Positions 9,588 to 20,382 of a stretch of 32,000 nucleotides of DNA are shown in pieces. The notes below the pieces were generated by a model, which was not told the DNA's origin, made no database searches, and saw only the letters and a program-made list of their open reading frames with translations. Position numbers and translations under genes: made by a program. Numbering within the stretch: the stretch's first letter is position 1; the number at the start of each line of letters is the position of its first letter. This DNA is from Bacillus subtilis subsp. subtilis str. 168 (GTDB taxonomy: Bacteria; Bacillota; Bacilli; Bacillales; Bacillaceae): NCBI RefSeq assembly GCF_000009045.1, contig NC_000964.3, forward strand, positions 2,670,001 to 2,702,000. The letters run 5' to 3'.

Positions 9588-10988
9588 CTATTTCACCTCA
9601 ACATTAAAGTAGAATTTTTCAGCTGCATCCACCGGTTGAACTGCAAGATCAATCAGGAAGCCGTCACGATCATTATTCAGAGCAATTGTAATGTCATTCT
9701 CTGAATCAAAATCAGTAATGCCCTCGTTATCTTGAAGAACACTCAAGTATTGAGTAATTAGCGTTTTTACAAACTGCAGTCCGTCATTTGTAGCGGGAAC
9801 ATCACTGCCGCTCGCTTTTCGAGACTTGATCAATGCTTTCAATTGTGATGTCAGGTCATTATTGATTGCATCAAGTACACGGACAATTTTGTTTTTCTGG
9901 AACATCTTATTTTTCTCTGCTGTTAGGCTTGTGAGTGAATTAATGTCCTTTTCAACCGATACTGATTTATCACGAGAATCATAAGTAAACAAGAATTCCC
10001 CATTTGACAATCGTTCAACGATTTCGTCGTTGTCAATTCGGTTAAGGACATCTACAGCTCCCTCGTATTCTACAAATGTAAGTGATTGATTAAATGTAGC
10101 CCCCGCACTTGCACCGGCAACCCAAGCTGTAGCTTTTTCAGGAGTGATCTCCGTTCCATCCTCAAGTAGGACACCACCTGTTACATTGATAATACCCTCA
10201 TGGTCTCCCTTGTAATTTGAAAGAACACCTTGAACCTTTTGCCCTTGGTTGTCTCTCAGCCGTTTGATAAACGCAACAAACGTTGCTTTTAATTGCTCGT
10301 TATCCTCTACAGGTAAAGCGATTGTGTCAAAGTATTCCGTTTCAGCCGCTTCCAAGAAAGCTGTATAATCGGCATTTGTCGGTGTTTTGTCTGTTCCGCC
10401 TGACAAGCGGATTCCGGAAGTTGCAGGGAGAGCACCGCTAACATCTTCAGGGGCCGTACCGGTTAACGGAATAGTAACTGTTAAATCTCCTTTCCCCGTA
10501 AACGTGACATATTTATTCGGTTTAAGTTCTTCAGCTTTAGACACTGTTTGTTTATCCACTTCAGATTGATCAAGGTAGGTAGTGACATCAACTTTCGAAG
10601 AGTCAATAACGTTCTCCGTAATACTAATAATGATGTCATTACCTTTAGTGCCGCCATAAAGAGCAGTAGCCTTTACACCTTCGCTAATGTCTGCTGAAGC
10701 ACGAAGACCTTCCGTTAGGCGATAAAGCAAGACTGTATTCGCCTTCTTCATCGCCTCACGTAAAAGCAACAGCGAAGGATCATCAATGTTCAACCCCACT
10801 TTTTTATTCAAGTCCTCGATTGAAGAGATAGAAATGAATTTCTTAACCTCACCCCAGCTGGACGCTATCGGCAGCGCCACTGTTCCACGTTCTCCGGCAG
10901 AAACACGGTTCTCCGCGGTCGTTTTGAAGTTAAAGTAAATACCGGCACGCTCTTTTTCCTTGCCAGGTGTGAAAGTTCCGCCGTTCAT
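9588..10988 (-). CDS. yqbK: Contractile tail sheath protein (YqbK/XkdK-like)
   Basis: 466 aa, sheath-like N-terminus MNGGTFTPGKEKERAGIYFNFKTTAENRVSAGERGTVALP and C-terminus. Confidence 0.93.
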   Translation of the reverse strand: MNGGTFTPGKEKERAGIYFNFKTTAENRVSAGERGTVALPIASSWGEVKKFISISSIEDLNKKVGLNIDDPSLLLLREAMKKANTVLLYRLTEGLRASADISEGVKATALYGGTKGNDIIISITENVIDSSKVDVTTYLDQSEVDKQTVSKAEELKPNKYVTFTGKGDLTVTIPLTGTAPEDVSGALPATSGIRLSGGTDKTPTNADYTAFLEAAETEYFDTIALPVEDNEQLKATFVAFIKRLRDNQGQKVQGVLSNYKGDHEGIINVTGGVLLEDGTEITPEKATAWVAGASAGATFNQSLTFVEYEGAVDVLNRIDNDEIVERLSNGEFLFTYDSRDKSVSVEKDINSLTSLTAEKNKMFQKNKIVRVLDAINNDLTSQLKALIKSRKASGSDVPATNDGLQFVKTLITQYLSVLQDNEGITDFDSENDITIALNNDRDGFLIDLAVQPVDAAEKFYFNVEVK

Positions 10989-11180
10989 CTATTTGACCTC
11001 CTTTTGAAGAAACTGAGAAATCAACTTCTTCGCTTCCGATTTTGTAATACTCATTTTATGAACATGAAAAAGAGCACCGTCAAACACCTCGGGTTTTACC
11101 CCAAAGAGCTCTCGACTGTGCTCTCGCAAATCCTTAATATAAAAAGCATTTTCTGCTTTCTCTTTTTTAGTGGCCATCAT
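10989..11180 (-). CDS. yqzN: Small conserved phage protein YqzN
   Basis: 63-aa ORF immediately upstream of the sheath gene, same order as in skin/PBSX. Confidence 0.75.
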   Translation of the reverse strand: MMATKKEKAENAFYIKDLREHSRELFGVKPEVFDGALFHVHKMSITKSEAKKLISQFLQKEVK

Positions 11181-11614
11181 TTCACCCCACTTTTAAATTT
11201 AAAACCATCTATTGAACGCTGATCTTCCCGCTCATACCAATAGCGGCTCGTCCAGTTTAAGACAATGGTCGCATAATCGTCTGATACCCGCGTTTCTATT
11301 CGAGATAGGCGAATAAAATCCCCAGTATCCTCGCCAGATTCTTGTATAAGCGGAATTATGCCTCTTCTGCTTCTAAGTGTATCCGCAATTCGTTCCGCTT
11401 CGTTATGAGCCTTCTGTACGTTTTCGTGAAAGAGTTTTACGTTTAAAACATATGCTTTCTGAAACGTGGATACTGTGTCCACCCCATCGACCGTGGAAGC
11501 CGGTGGAAAGTAAAGAGACGGAACAGCAAAGTCCTGCGGTATTTCTTCTTCATACACTTGAACAGGATACAGTTTGTATAGATAGCCCATAATTGAACCT
11601 ACTTCTTGATTCAT
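11177..11614 (-). CDS. yqbJ: Tail terminator/completion-type protein YqbJ
   Basis: 145-aa ORF in connector region order. Confidence 0.82.
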   Translation of the reverse strand: MNQEVGSIMGYLYKLYPVQVYEEEIPQDFAVPSLYFPPASTVDGVDTVSTFQKAYVLNVKLFHENVQKAHNEAERIADTLRSRRGIIPLIQESGEDTGDFIRLSRIETRVSDDYATIVLNWTSRYWYEREDQRSIDGFKFKSGVK

Positions 11615-11626
11615 GGCAGCACCGCC

Positions 11627-12130
11627 TTAAAATTCTTCATAAATCCATTGCTGCAGCTTCCGCTCAAGGCTTCTCTCAAACATCAACTGAAAAATGGCCA
11701 TGGCGTTATCCCAAAACCCCGAACCGTCTACCCATCGGAACTTCAGCAGCATGCCGGAATTTTTTTCAGCAGGGTCATATTCGAAACGGTCGCCTTTCCA
11801 CCGACCTGGAACCCATCGTCTATCCTGATTTTTAGACGGATCGATAGTAAAGTGCCCGTCATTGACGTATGAGGCGTAATCCAGATTTGTTCCAACATCC
11901 AACTTTAAGCTGCCTTCTGTCATTGAAAAGATATTATCCTGGTCACCTTTCTGAAAGGAATTGAGCAAGCGGCGAGTGTCCACGGTCTTCGTCCTAATGA
12001 TCTCATCTTGGATGATATCTAAGAACTCAAAACCCATTGATTCAAGCCACTGCTCATATTTCCTCTTCAGTCCCCCACGAGAAGCCCGGTCTAATGATTG
12101 TATGAACTGATCGAGACCCCGAATTTTCAT
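11627..12130 (-). CDS. yqbI: HK97 gp10-like head-tail joining protein YqbI
   Basis: 167-aa [49 protein letters not shown]. Confidence 0.85.
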   Translation of the reverse strand: MKIRGLDQFIQSLDRASRGGLKRKYEQWLESMGFEFLDIIQDEIIRTKTVDTRRLLNSFQKGDQDNIFSMTEGSLKLDVGTNLDYASYVNDGHFTIDPSKNQDRRWVPGRWKGDRFEYDPAEKNSGMLLKFRWVDGSGFWDNAMAIFQLMFERSLERKLQQWIYEEF

Positions 12131-12489
12131 AAGTATTCAACCTCCCGTACTGCCGTCACTTCCCAATGATGATTCCTGATTTTGCGGGGCTTCTGTAATT
12201 TATAAGCAGTACCATCCCAAACCGCCCTGTCATTTACTCGAATATCAGCAGTAGCAGGGAAATGCACAAGGAAAGATTGATAAATAGATACATTTGACTC
12301 CTGTTGGATAATGGACTGACTCTTCTCTGTAAAATAACACGGCTGATTTTCTATGTCCGGCTCATCAGGGTACGAAAAAACCGGTTGAACATCTTCAACC
12401 GGCACCCCGAATTTTTGCTTTCTATTTTCTTTTTTCTCCTGCAGATGGTAAATGTCACATCTGTGAGTCAATAAGGATTGATAACTCAT
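12127..12489 (-). CDS. yqbH: Head-tail connector/head closure protein YqbH
   Basis: 120-aa ORF overlapping its neighbours. Confidence 0.83.
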
Positions 12490-12881
12490 ATTGATCTCAT
12501 CCGCACTTTCGCTTCAATCCCTTCTAAATCAGGGTCAGCCGGTTTCACATAATCTTTTATTAATGCATACACATCAGGTTTTTGAAGAGAACTGCCATCC
12601 CCTAGAGTATAAGAATAGTCACCAATTTTTTCAGTTGTATATCCTTTAATAATTGACTCGTCGCCATTTATAAGAGCATAAAACTGAGACAACTTTAATA
12701 GAGCCAGTCGAACCGTTTCAGGCAAAGGGATATACTCTGCATCTGAAAAATCATGTCCAACTTTAAGAATGATATCGGCAGTTGCCTCAAGGATATCCTG
12801 TTTTAACAACTCGTCAGGTCTGGTCTTTACAGACTCAAAAACTGAATAACTCTTTAATTCATCGGGAGTGATTAACAGCAT
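12486..12881 (-). CDS. yqbG: Head-tail connector protein YqbG
   Basis: 131-aa [48 protein letters not shown]. Confidence 0.87.
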
Positions 12882-12884
12882 AGG

Positions 12885-13196
12885 TCACTCCCCTTTGTTA
12901 TCTATTTGCTTAAGGATGTAGGCAATTCTTTCATCTGCGTTTTTGAAGTCAGACGGATTGCGACCAAGATTAGAAATAATGGATTCATGCTCTGCTTTAT
13001 TCATACCTTTCAATTCCGATTCAGTATAATTTATCGGATCATCCTTTTGATTATTAAGCTCTTGGGTTAGTATAAAATATGGATTTTCATTTAAATACTC
13101 ATAGAGCTTTTTCGGTACTGTTTGACTGACACCTGCTCGAAAGGTTATTCCCATCACATTGTATGTTTTGCCTTTAATAAGCTTTGCAGTAAACAC
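12885..13196 (-). CDS. yqbF: Phage protein YqbF
   Basis: 103-aa ORF MFTAKLIKGKTYNVMGITFRAGVSQTVPKKLYEYLNENPYF. Confidence 0.85.
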   Translation of the reverse strand: MFTAKLIKGKTYNVMGITFRAGVSQTVPKKLYEYLNENPYFILTQELNNQKDDPINYTESELKGMNKAEHESIISNLGRNPSDFKNADERIAYILKQIDNKGE

Positions 13197-13206
13197 ACCA
13201 GACCAC

Positions 13207-14142
13207 CTACTCCTTCACTTTCACGATCTTGGCTACGGCGTCCTCTTCTTCAAAAACACTATCCAATTTCGCTGTCAAAACAATGATAAACATACGGCGA
13301 CGGATGTCCTTATCTACTTCAATCCGAATGTTACGAGAGAATCCGAGAATAATATTCTTCGGATGAGTTAGGATGATATCAGAAACATCGGCTGCAGTAT
13401 CTCCCTCTCCAATCGTATAAGGCTGTAAATTTGCAATACCTTTGATTGGAACACCAAAAGCAGATGAAAGGCCACCTTGAACAGCTGCATCCCCTAAATT
13501 TGTTTGACGATCAGCTACACGATCTTTCCATTCGACCTCAATACCAGGCGATGTATAGAAACGGAACTCCTGCGGAATTCGCAAATATTTAGGAGGTACA
13601 GCTTTGTATCCTCGTTTAAATGTTTGACGTGTCAGTTCCTCACCTGCAGCATCGACAATATGAGATGTAGCTTGTTTTCTGATGCCATCTAATTGTGCAA
13701 GATATGAGTCGGAGGAAGATGTATCCCCATTTACAAGCAACTCTTCAATATCAACCGCAGCACGCTCAGCTATCATTTGCATGATTGTATTCTGAAGGCC
13801 ATCTTTTTCGATGTTGTTTTCAAGTGTGTCATAGGTAATGTTAACTTCAGCAATTACTTCTTTTGTGCTTAAGTTAACTGTGCTAGTTGATGGAACTGAC
13901 TTTTGATCTTTAGTTAGCGCAACTCCCTCTTGGGCTGCCCTTAAAATACGCTGACCAAAACCGATCTTCTCGATTTTCTGTGTGTCATGGTCCATTTGAA
14001 TAACTCGCGCATCTCTTAAAATGGTTGGCGTATCTTGTACCATTCGAATAAAAGTTGAAGCCTGAGTAGGATTCATAATCCCGCCGCTCTCTAAAGTAGA
14101 AAGCGTCATTTCTGCTTTATTAATAACCTCTTGATTTCTCAT
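13207..14142 (-). CDS. yqbE: Major capsid protein (YqbE/XkdG-like)
   Basis: 311-aa HK97-like capsid protein, contains [27 protein letters not shown]. Confidence 0.9.
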   Translation of the reverse strand: MRNQEVINKAEMTLSTLESGGIMNPTQASTFIRMVQDTPTILRDARVIQMDHDTQKIEKIGFGQRILRAAQEGVALTKDQKSVPSTSTVNLSTKEVIAEVNITYDTLENNIEKDGLQNTIMQMIAERAAVDIEELLVNGDTSSSDSYLAQLDGIRKQATSHIVDAAGEELTRQTFKRGYKAVPPKYLRIPQEFRFYTSPGIEVEWKDRVADRQTNLGDAAVQGGLSSAFGVPIKGIANLQPYTIGEGDTAADVSDIILTHPKNIILGFSRNIRIEVDKDIRRRMFIIVLTAKLDSVFEEEDAVAKIVKVKE

Positions 14143-14160
14143 TCGTATCCTCCTTATCCA

Positions 14161-15138
14161 TTAAAACAACCCTGACCAGATTGATTTTTGAACTTGTTCG
14201 GAACCCGATTCTTCAGTTTGCTTAGATGTTCCGCGACTTTTTTCGATTGCTTCAATACGATCAGCGAGCGGTTGAACAGCTTCTGAAATTGCCTTTTTCA
14301 ACTTCTCGCCCTCTTTTTCAGTCTCTTCTTCTTTTTCTTTATCTTTCTTATTAAGCTCTTCCTCTTTTTCTAATGTCTCGAGCCGCTTCTTAATTGGCTC
14401 TAATGCTTCTTGAATGGATTTAGTTACTTCCTCCGAAGTCATTTCTTCTTCCCCCTCTTTTGTTTCTACCTGACTCAGTAAATTACCAAGGGCAGCATGA
14501 GCATTCTTAATTTCTTGCAGGTTTGAAGCGGAAAATTTTCTGCCCGCCTTTGCAACTGGCTCTTCATATGATTGCTGTTGTTTTCCAACAAAAAAGTTTT
14601 TGAGCAAATTAAATAGCCCTTTCTCATCTGTTTTCTCTTGAGAAACGGGCTTTTCTTGTTTTTCAATCGTCTCAGCAGTTCCTGCCATTGAATAACCGGT
14701 AATTTCGCCTTTTTTGATTTGCTCCCATACTTCCTCAGAAGCCTTTGTGACAAGGACCCATGATCCCTTTTTAATGGTTTCCCCATTCATTTCAAAGTCT
14801 GCCGGTGCGACATAGGACTCAACCACCTCACCAACACCACCCTGAAAGTCATGTTGCTTGTCGATTTGACGAGCATCTTTCAGGAATCCATGAGCGGCCT
14901 TTTCGATTTCTGCAGCTGTCATGAAATCTCCGTGGGCGTCCACTGTATCAGGTTCATACACGATACCGTAAACAAGTTTTTGCTCGTCTGCCTCTTTCGC
15001 AAGGATTCTGACTTCCTTTTGAAAATCAGGTTGTTTTTCTGATTTCACAATAAAGAACTGCTTTTGATTAGCAGCCTTATCCACATAAGAAACATGTGTG
15101 ATTTTTGCGTTCACCAATTCTCTTGGCATGTTATTCAC
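14161..15138 (-). CDS. yqbD: XkdF-like head maturation protease/scaffold (YqbD)
   Basis: 325 aa, XkdF-like N-terminus (ILAKEADEQKLVYGIVYEPDTVDAHGDFMTAAEIEKAAHGFL) plus charged coiled-coil C-terminus. Confidence 0.87.
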   Translation of the reverse strand: MNNMPRELVNAKITHVSYVDKAANQKQFFIVKSEKQPDFQKEVRILAKEADEQKLVYGIVYEPDTVDAHGDFMTAAEIEKAAHGFLKDARQIDKQHDFQGGVGEVVESYVAPADFEMNGETIKKGSWVLVTKASEEVWEQIKKGEITGYSMAGTAETIEKQEKPVSQEKTDEKGLFNLLKNFFVGKQQQSYEEPVAKAGRKFSASNLQEIKNAHAALGNLLSQVETKEGEEEMTSEEVTKSIQEALEPIKKRLETLEKEEELNKKDKEKEEETEKEGEKLKKAISEAVQPLADRIEAIEKSRGTSKQTEESGSEQVQKSIWSGLF

Positions 15139-15155
15139 CTCCTTAAAATAAGAAA

Positions 15156-15175
15156 AGACTTCTAATTAGAAGTCT
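15156..15175 (-). terminator. Perfect 20-bp palindrome, terminator overlapping the yqbC stop codon
   Basis: AGACTTCTAATTAGAAGTCT, on the minus strand followed by TTTCTTATTTT. Confidence 0.6.
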
Positions 15176-15815
15176 CACCAGCTGTATTCTCAGCAACATA
15201 ATTGCTTGTTATCTCCATTAACCTTTTTACACTCTTATCTACATTCCAGAAAAATTTATTCATAATGTAGCTTTGTGAAATATGACTTTTCTCTAAGTCA
15301 TGAACTATATTCATTATATCAAGTAAGCTTTCCGCAAATGAATCATTAAGAATTTTATGGCGTTTCAAATAATCAACCATGTATAACATGCCTATACCTT
15401 GAGATTTATCTGCCGCATCATCTTTTTCTGATACTTTTTCATAAAGATTTTTCACTGCTCCATATAAACGAATCATTTCCATTTTTAGTAGTAAGTCATT
15501 ATCCCCTTTAATGCTTGTCTTCTCATTATAATGGGAATGTGTTTCCTCAGTGATTTCAGAATTACTTTCTAAATTTAATGAATCTTTTAGATTTTGATCA
15601 TCAGTTCCATATTGATTCTCTTTATTCAATTGGAAACTAATCTTATCTAATTTTTGGTCAATAGTGAATTCAAATTCCCAATCCTTATATTTAATTTTCG
15701 CCAAGGTACTGATCAAATTTGAAACCGGTTGTTTTAATTTAAAAACCAAGATAATTATTGCTACCGGCCAAATGATTGATTTGACTATTGAAGAGATAAA
15801 CTCCATCCAATTCAT
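15162..15815 (-). CDS. yqbC: Membrane-anchored protein of unknown function inside the capsid operon (YqbC)
   Basis: 217 aa, N-terminal hydrophobic segment [12 protein letters not shown] followed by a charged cytosolic region. AT-rich. Confidence 0.85.
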
Positions 15816-15844
15816 ATTTTCCCCACCTAATATGTAATGAGGAC

Positions 15845-15873
15845 ATTATACTATTTTATTCCATGTTTGCTAA
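15845..15873 (-). promoter_or_regulatory. Candidate dedicated promoter for yqbC
   Basis: Minus strand TTAGCA-N17-TATAAT (-35 forward 15868-15873, -10 forward 15845-15850). Confidence 0.5.
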
Positions 15874-16773
15874 GACTTCTCTTTGAATCTCTTCTTTTTC
15901 TTCGGGTGATAAGCCTAAAATCTTACTATCTACCACAGGCGATAGAACACAATGGCAGTTAACCCGCTCCCTTGTTGATAGTTTAGGATCCCTCGGAAAC
16001 ATGCAGGTTTCGCTACTGCCCGGTATCTGAAATTCTTCATCTACTCCAATGACTGTACCGTCAAGATCAATGTGATTTTCACGAGGATTGTTCTTCTTCC
16101 CTCCGCTGTGCCGCCATTTCTTTTTCTTTACTGCCGGCGATTGTGCATATGATTCATGCTGCGCGGCAGAGGAAGCGGCAAGCACTTCTGTGATGGCTGT
16201 GGTACGCGCCCGCTCCCTATCAAATTGTGGCATGTCTTTGAGAGTCAACTCAATGTCCTGGATTGATGAACCGTTCTCGATAGCATTAGTTAGCACGTCC
16301 TCCACCACTTCATGTGTGTTTAACTTCATGATCTCAGCCAGCTTCTTTGACCAATCCTTAATCCAATTAATCGTACGATTGGATAAGACTTTAAAAGGCA
16401 CCTCTGGATCTATTGAATCCATGATTACTTCAGCCATTTCTTCAATAGTCTGTTGCAGGAATCCCTCAGTCAGTTCCTGAAATTCTTCCTCGAAGTCATC
16501 CTCCGCGAATAGGTTCTGAGTAAAAAACACTAGAAGGGCTTTTAACGTCTCTTCTGAGTCTTTGCTTACAAAACCTTTGAGACCATCTAAAAACTTCTTA
16601 TGCTGGCGTCTGAGCAATCTGGCAATGCCTTTTTCATATTCCTCCACATATTTGGGGATATTAGATTTGCCAGGAAAGTCAGGTACCATCTCCCCCAATT
16701 GCTTATACTGATTTTCCTCGGCTTTTTGAATAAAGACATTTAAACTCTCCAATAGCTTATCCGTTTTGTTCAT
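15856..16773 (-). CDS. yqbB: Minor head morphogenesis protein (SPP1 gp7/MuF-like, YqbB)
   Basis: 305 aa, C-terminal MuF-like motif with HIDLDGTVIGVDEEFQIPG and HCHC-type residues. Confidence 0.88.
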   Translation of the reverse strand: MNKTDKLLESLNVFIQKAEENQYKQLGEMVPDFPGKSNIPKYVEEYEKGIARLLRRQHKKFLDGLKGFVSKDSEETLKALLVFFTQNLFAEDDFEEEFQELTEGFLQQTIEEMAEVIMDSIDPEVPFKVLSNRTINWIKDWSKKLAEIMKLNTHEVVEDVLTNAIENGSSIQDIELTLKDMPQFDRERARTTAITEVLAASSAAQHESYAQSPAVKKKKWRHSGGKKNNPRENHIDLDGTVIGVDEEFQIPGSSETCMFPRDPKLSTRERVNCHCVLSPVVDSKILGLSPEEKEEIQREVLANME

Positions 16774-18302
16774 CTCTTCAAATCCTCCAGAACATCCCGC
16801 ATATCTTTTAATAACCCGATCATATTAGGAGTACCGTTCTTAGATTTAAACAGTGCAGCCAAAGGATCGGAAACGGACGACTCGTTAGTTTTACCAAGCG
16901 GCCTGTTGTATTCTTCTTCTGGCCATTCTTCAAGCGTCTTACCAAGTACCCGTCCAGCCAAATCGCGTAAATCATTCGGAGAAACTGCACCTGCTGTTAT
17001 AAACGGTGTTAGAACCTTAGCAATTTCTAAAGGATCTCTAAAGTCTGGCCCTTTTAGTTGGAGTCGGACTTTATGAATTTCAAGATCATTTAGAAATAAA
17101 GCATTCAGTTTACCTGTGATTAATTTTCGTTCAGGCTGAAATACTTGTTCCTCAGTAATCTTTCTTGCTGTGTCAGCTGTCGCTCTGTTGTAATCTTGAG
17201 CTTCACCTGTATAAAGTGGGGGCAAACGAAAAGCCGATCTAATTTTATCTCGGTTCTTTTGGTCATATTCAAGAAACAAAGCATCTTCTTGAAGGATTTC
17301 AGCAAGTGACTTAATATCAACTTTCACTGGTGCAATCTCTTCATCACCATGAATGTTTTTCCCCTTCGCTATCCCTTCTGCTTCAAGTAATAGAAACTTA
17401 TGAGCGTTCTCCACTCCTTCAAGCCCATTCATGTAATCCTGCAATTGTGTGTATGAGTCCTCAGACAACATTCCATTTTCTATTGTGATGGCAGCGGGAA
17501 TATGTCTTCCTTGTTTGAAGTACATAAAGTTCAGCTCTTCAGCTTTACGAGCACCATACAAATTAACAATATGGCCAATCCATCGCGGTTTCCCATAAAT
17601 ACCGCTTCCTATTTTGAAATGGACCACTTCATTTGCTCGTTTCTCCAATGGGGTCTGTTCATCATATTGACCTGTCTCTAAATTTAAAGTGCGAGGATCA
17701 CCATATTCTTTAAAATAAACCATACGGCCGTCAATCATCTGAACATACTTTCGGAATCGTTTCTCTCTTTTGATTGATTTCATTTGTCCTTGTTCGAAGT
17801 ACGTAAAATCAACTTCGATTGGTTCAGACAGTTTGCAAACTCGTACATTTTGAACGTCCATGTATTCAATGCCGGCTGGCTTATTTTCACCGTTTCGAAT
17901 GACCTCAATAAAGCCATTGCCCGTCTTTTCTCTATCTTCAATAACAAATCCGAGTAAAGTCTCAGCTGACTCATCAAAGTGAAGATATTTAACGAACTCT
18001 TCAAGCTTTGTCCATTCACTTTCAGCTTCTGTTTTTTCTTCATTTGTCACATCTGGCGAATTCACATCAAAAGAATACTCGAAATCAAATCCAAAGCCCA
18101 CAATATTTGTCCTGTAGGCATCAACACATTGCTGTAAGATTGTTGAATACTCAGCAATCATTTTTAATTCCTTTAGGTTATACGGAGGAGGCAAAATATT
18201 GCTGTCATAGCTGTCAGCAAATTCATCTTCATAAATTTGTTTCGTTGATTCAGTAGGTGGAGAGGCTTTGATCACTCGTGCTTTAACAGATTTTTTTGAC
18301 AT
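16770..18302 (-). CDS. yqbA: Portal protein (YqbA/XkdE-like)
   Basis: 510 aa, portal-like with PRWIGHIVNLYGARKAEELNFMYFKQGRHIPAAI. Overlaps yqbB. Confidence 0.92.
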   Translation of the reverse strand: MSKKSVKARVIKASPPTESTKQIYEDEFADSYDSNILPPPYNLKELKMIAEYSTILQQCVDAYRTNIVGFGFDFEYSFDVNSPDVTNEEKTEAESEWTKLEEFVKYLHFDESAETLLGFVIEDREKTGNGFIEVIRNGENKPAGIEYMDVQNVRVCKLSEPIEVDFTYFEQGQMKSIKREKRFRKYVQMIDGRMVYFKEYGDPRTLNLETGQYDEQTPLEKRANEVVHFKIGSGIYGKPRWIGHIVNLYGARKAEELNFMYFKQGRHIPAAITIENGMLSEDSYTQLQDYMNGLEGVENAHKFLLLEAEGIAKGKNIHGDEEIAPVKVDIKSLAEILQEDALFLEYDQKNRDKIRSAFRLPPLYTGEAQDYNRATADTARKITEEQVFQPERKLITGKLNALFLNDLEIHKVRLQLKGPDFRDPLEIAKVLTPFITAGAVSPNDLRDLAGRVLGKTLEEWPEEEYNRPLGKTNESSVSDPLAALFKSKNGTPNMIGLLKDMRDVLEDLKR

Positions 18303-18305
18303 GCT

Positions 18306-19610
18306 TTACCTCCTTCCTGGTCTTGATCTTTGCGGTCTTCCTTTTGATTCTTCTTTCAAATCGGTTACCTCATAATCATCGAGAGCGTACCAGATAGCTG
18401 ACAGTGTATGCGGGTCTATGGTGAACTCGTCTTCTATGATGTTCCCCAGCTTATCGGTAGCATAAGCAAGCGGCTTAAGCTCATAAATCGTGTTCTCGCA
18501 ACGATCAGAGCAAATGATCTTCCTGAACCGCTTGATTTTCTTTGTATACTGAAGGCGTGATCCTTGATATTTACGGGCACCCACCATATTGAAACCGTGT
18601 TGCTGAAAATAACGGATTGTCTTTGGCTCTGCTGAATCCGCCTTGATTAATTCCTTAGTCTCTGCAAATTCCTTAAGTTCTTCGGCTGTCTTATCATCCG
18701 TTAATCCATTTTTGTAATACTCCCAGTAGATATAGAGATATTTCTTTTCATGATCCACAGCAACCCTAACGACGGCGTTATACGATTCCACAAAACCAAA
18801 GTCCATGCCAACCCGTTTAAGCGGGCGGTTAATATTAGAGATTGCAGTCATAACCTCTTCATGCGGTCGCTCTTCAAACTGCGGCAGAACCCGAATTCCA
18901 TTCACGCCAAAATGACCTTTCCGCGCAATTCGGTAAAGGTCTGGATCGTATTCCTTCAATTCTTCAAGTTGCTGGACATAGCTTTCTGGCAGGAAAAGAT
19001 TATCATCTGCCGTTGAGTGATGATAATAGGTGTCGTTGCTAACGATTATCCGCTTTTCATAAAGTTCCTTATCATCCAGTACAAAGCGCTTCTCCCTATC
19101 ATCCTTGAAGAAATGCTTAAAAGTCCAATTGTCCTCTCCAACTGGATTTGTTGAAAGTATCATGTGAAGCGGCAATGTCGGGTGACGAAGACGTCCAAGA
19201 AGCTCCTTGAACCCCTCATATTTTACTTCAGAGCATTCCTCAATCCAAATGAGGGAAATATTATTGATTGATTTCAGTTTGGCTGGCTTATCCATCCCTT
19301 TAAAGATGATTCTGCTGCCATTTGAAAATCGAATCTGCATCGGAGAAGATACACATCTAACGATATGATCTAATTTTAGATCACTTACAAGTTCATCAAA
19401 AAGTGAAAATGTTGAGTCCCTATGTGTGTCGTACACTTCTCTGATAACAAGTGCAGTACGCTTTTCTCTGAGCAATTTCAGAACAATCTTGAGCGCCACA
19501 TGATAGCTTTTGGATGATCCATAACCACCCACAAGAAACTGAAACTTTTGATTCCAGTCAAAGAGAAATTCTTTAAAATGTGGATTTACCTGTTTAATCA
19601 CTGTCATCAC
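18306..19610 (-). CDS. yqaT: Terminase large subunit (YqaT)
   Basis: 434 aa, Walker-like [26 protein letters not shown] Walker B, and nuclease domain start [16 protein letters not shown]. Confidence 0.93.
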
Positions 19611-20313
19611 CTTTGTTTACAATGGTGATCTCAAAAGGTTTATCTTCTTCTGTAAGTTCTTCGATCTCTATTTTTTTCTTGTTGATATTTAAGCGCATAT
19701 GCTCCAATTTAAGGCGTCGTTCGTCTTCCGAATGGGCTAATTCATCAAACTGTTTAATTAAATTCCTGAGCTCTGCCATTGCACGAGATTGAGCGTTCAA
19801 GAACGTTGCATGACGATCCCAAGAAAATTGAAATTCGAATTCTTCCTCTTCGACTTCGTTTGTCTCAGATAGCACAGACTTTTTCTTTTTCAGTTCTTTA
19901 ATCATTTCCTGCTTATCAGAAACGAACATGATCTTTTGCGCCCTTATTATTGCGGCATATTGGATCTGTATCTGATCCCATATCATATCGACAGGCGAAC
20001 GTTCTTGAATCCCTTCCATGATGGATAGCGTTTCTTCTGGCAGGAACTTAGAGAAGAATCCATGAGTCACAGCGTTTTGATTTCCCTTAGGTGCGCCGCC
20101 ATTATTACCTAACGCATTCTTGTTACCGAGTGGTGCACCTACTTTTTTTGTGTGCACACCTTTTTTTAAGGGTGCACCCTTTTTTCTTTGCCAACCATGG
20201 CGTTGTTTCCACGATTTAATGGTGTTCACAGATACCCCATATTTCTCGGCAAGGTCCTTGTATTTCATACCTTTGGCGTAATCCTTATACGCCTGTATGT
20301 GCTTATCAACCAT
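19594..20313 (-). CDS. yqaS: Terminase small subunit (YqaS)
   Basis: 239 aa, N-terminal [27 protein letters not shown] followed by GAPxGNxNA repeats. Confidence 0.9.
20132..20181. repeat. Three GTGCAC-centred palindromes within terS
   Basis: GGTGCACC (20132-20139), GTGTGCACAC (20150-20159), AAGGGTGCACCCTT (20168-20181). Centres 19 and 20 bp apart. Confidence 0.85.
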
Positions 20314-20360
20314 CTACATTCACTGCCGCCTCCTTTTAGATTGAGTTGTTTTGAAAATAA

Positions 20361-20382
20361 AAAAGCTCCTCAAAAGAAGCTT
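20361..20382 (-). terminator. Terminator downstream of yqaR
   Basis: Minus strand AAGCTTCT-TTTG-AGGAGCTT followed by TTTTATTTTC; one position pairs only as a G-U wobble in the minus-strand RNA. Confidence 0.6.
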
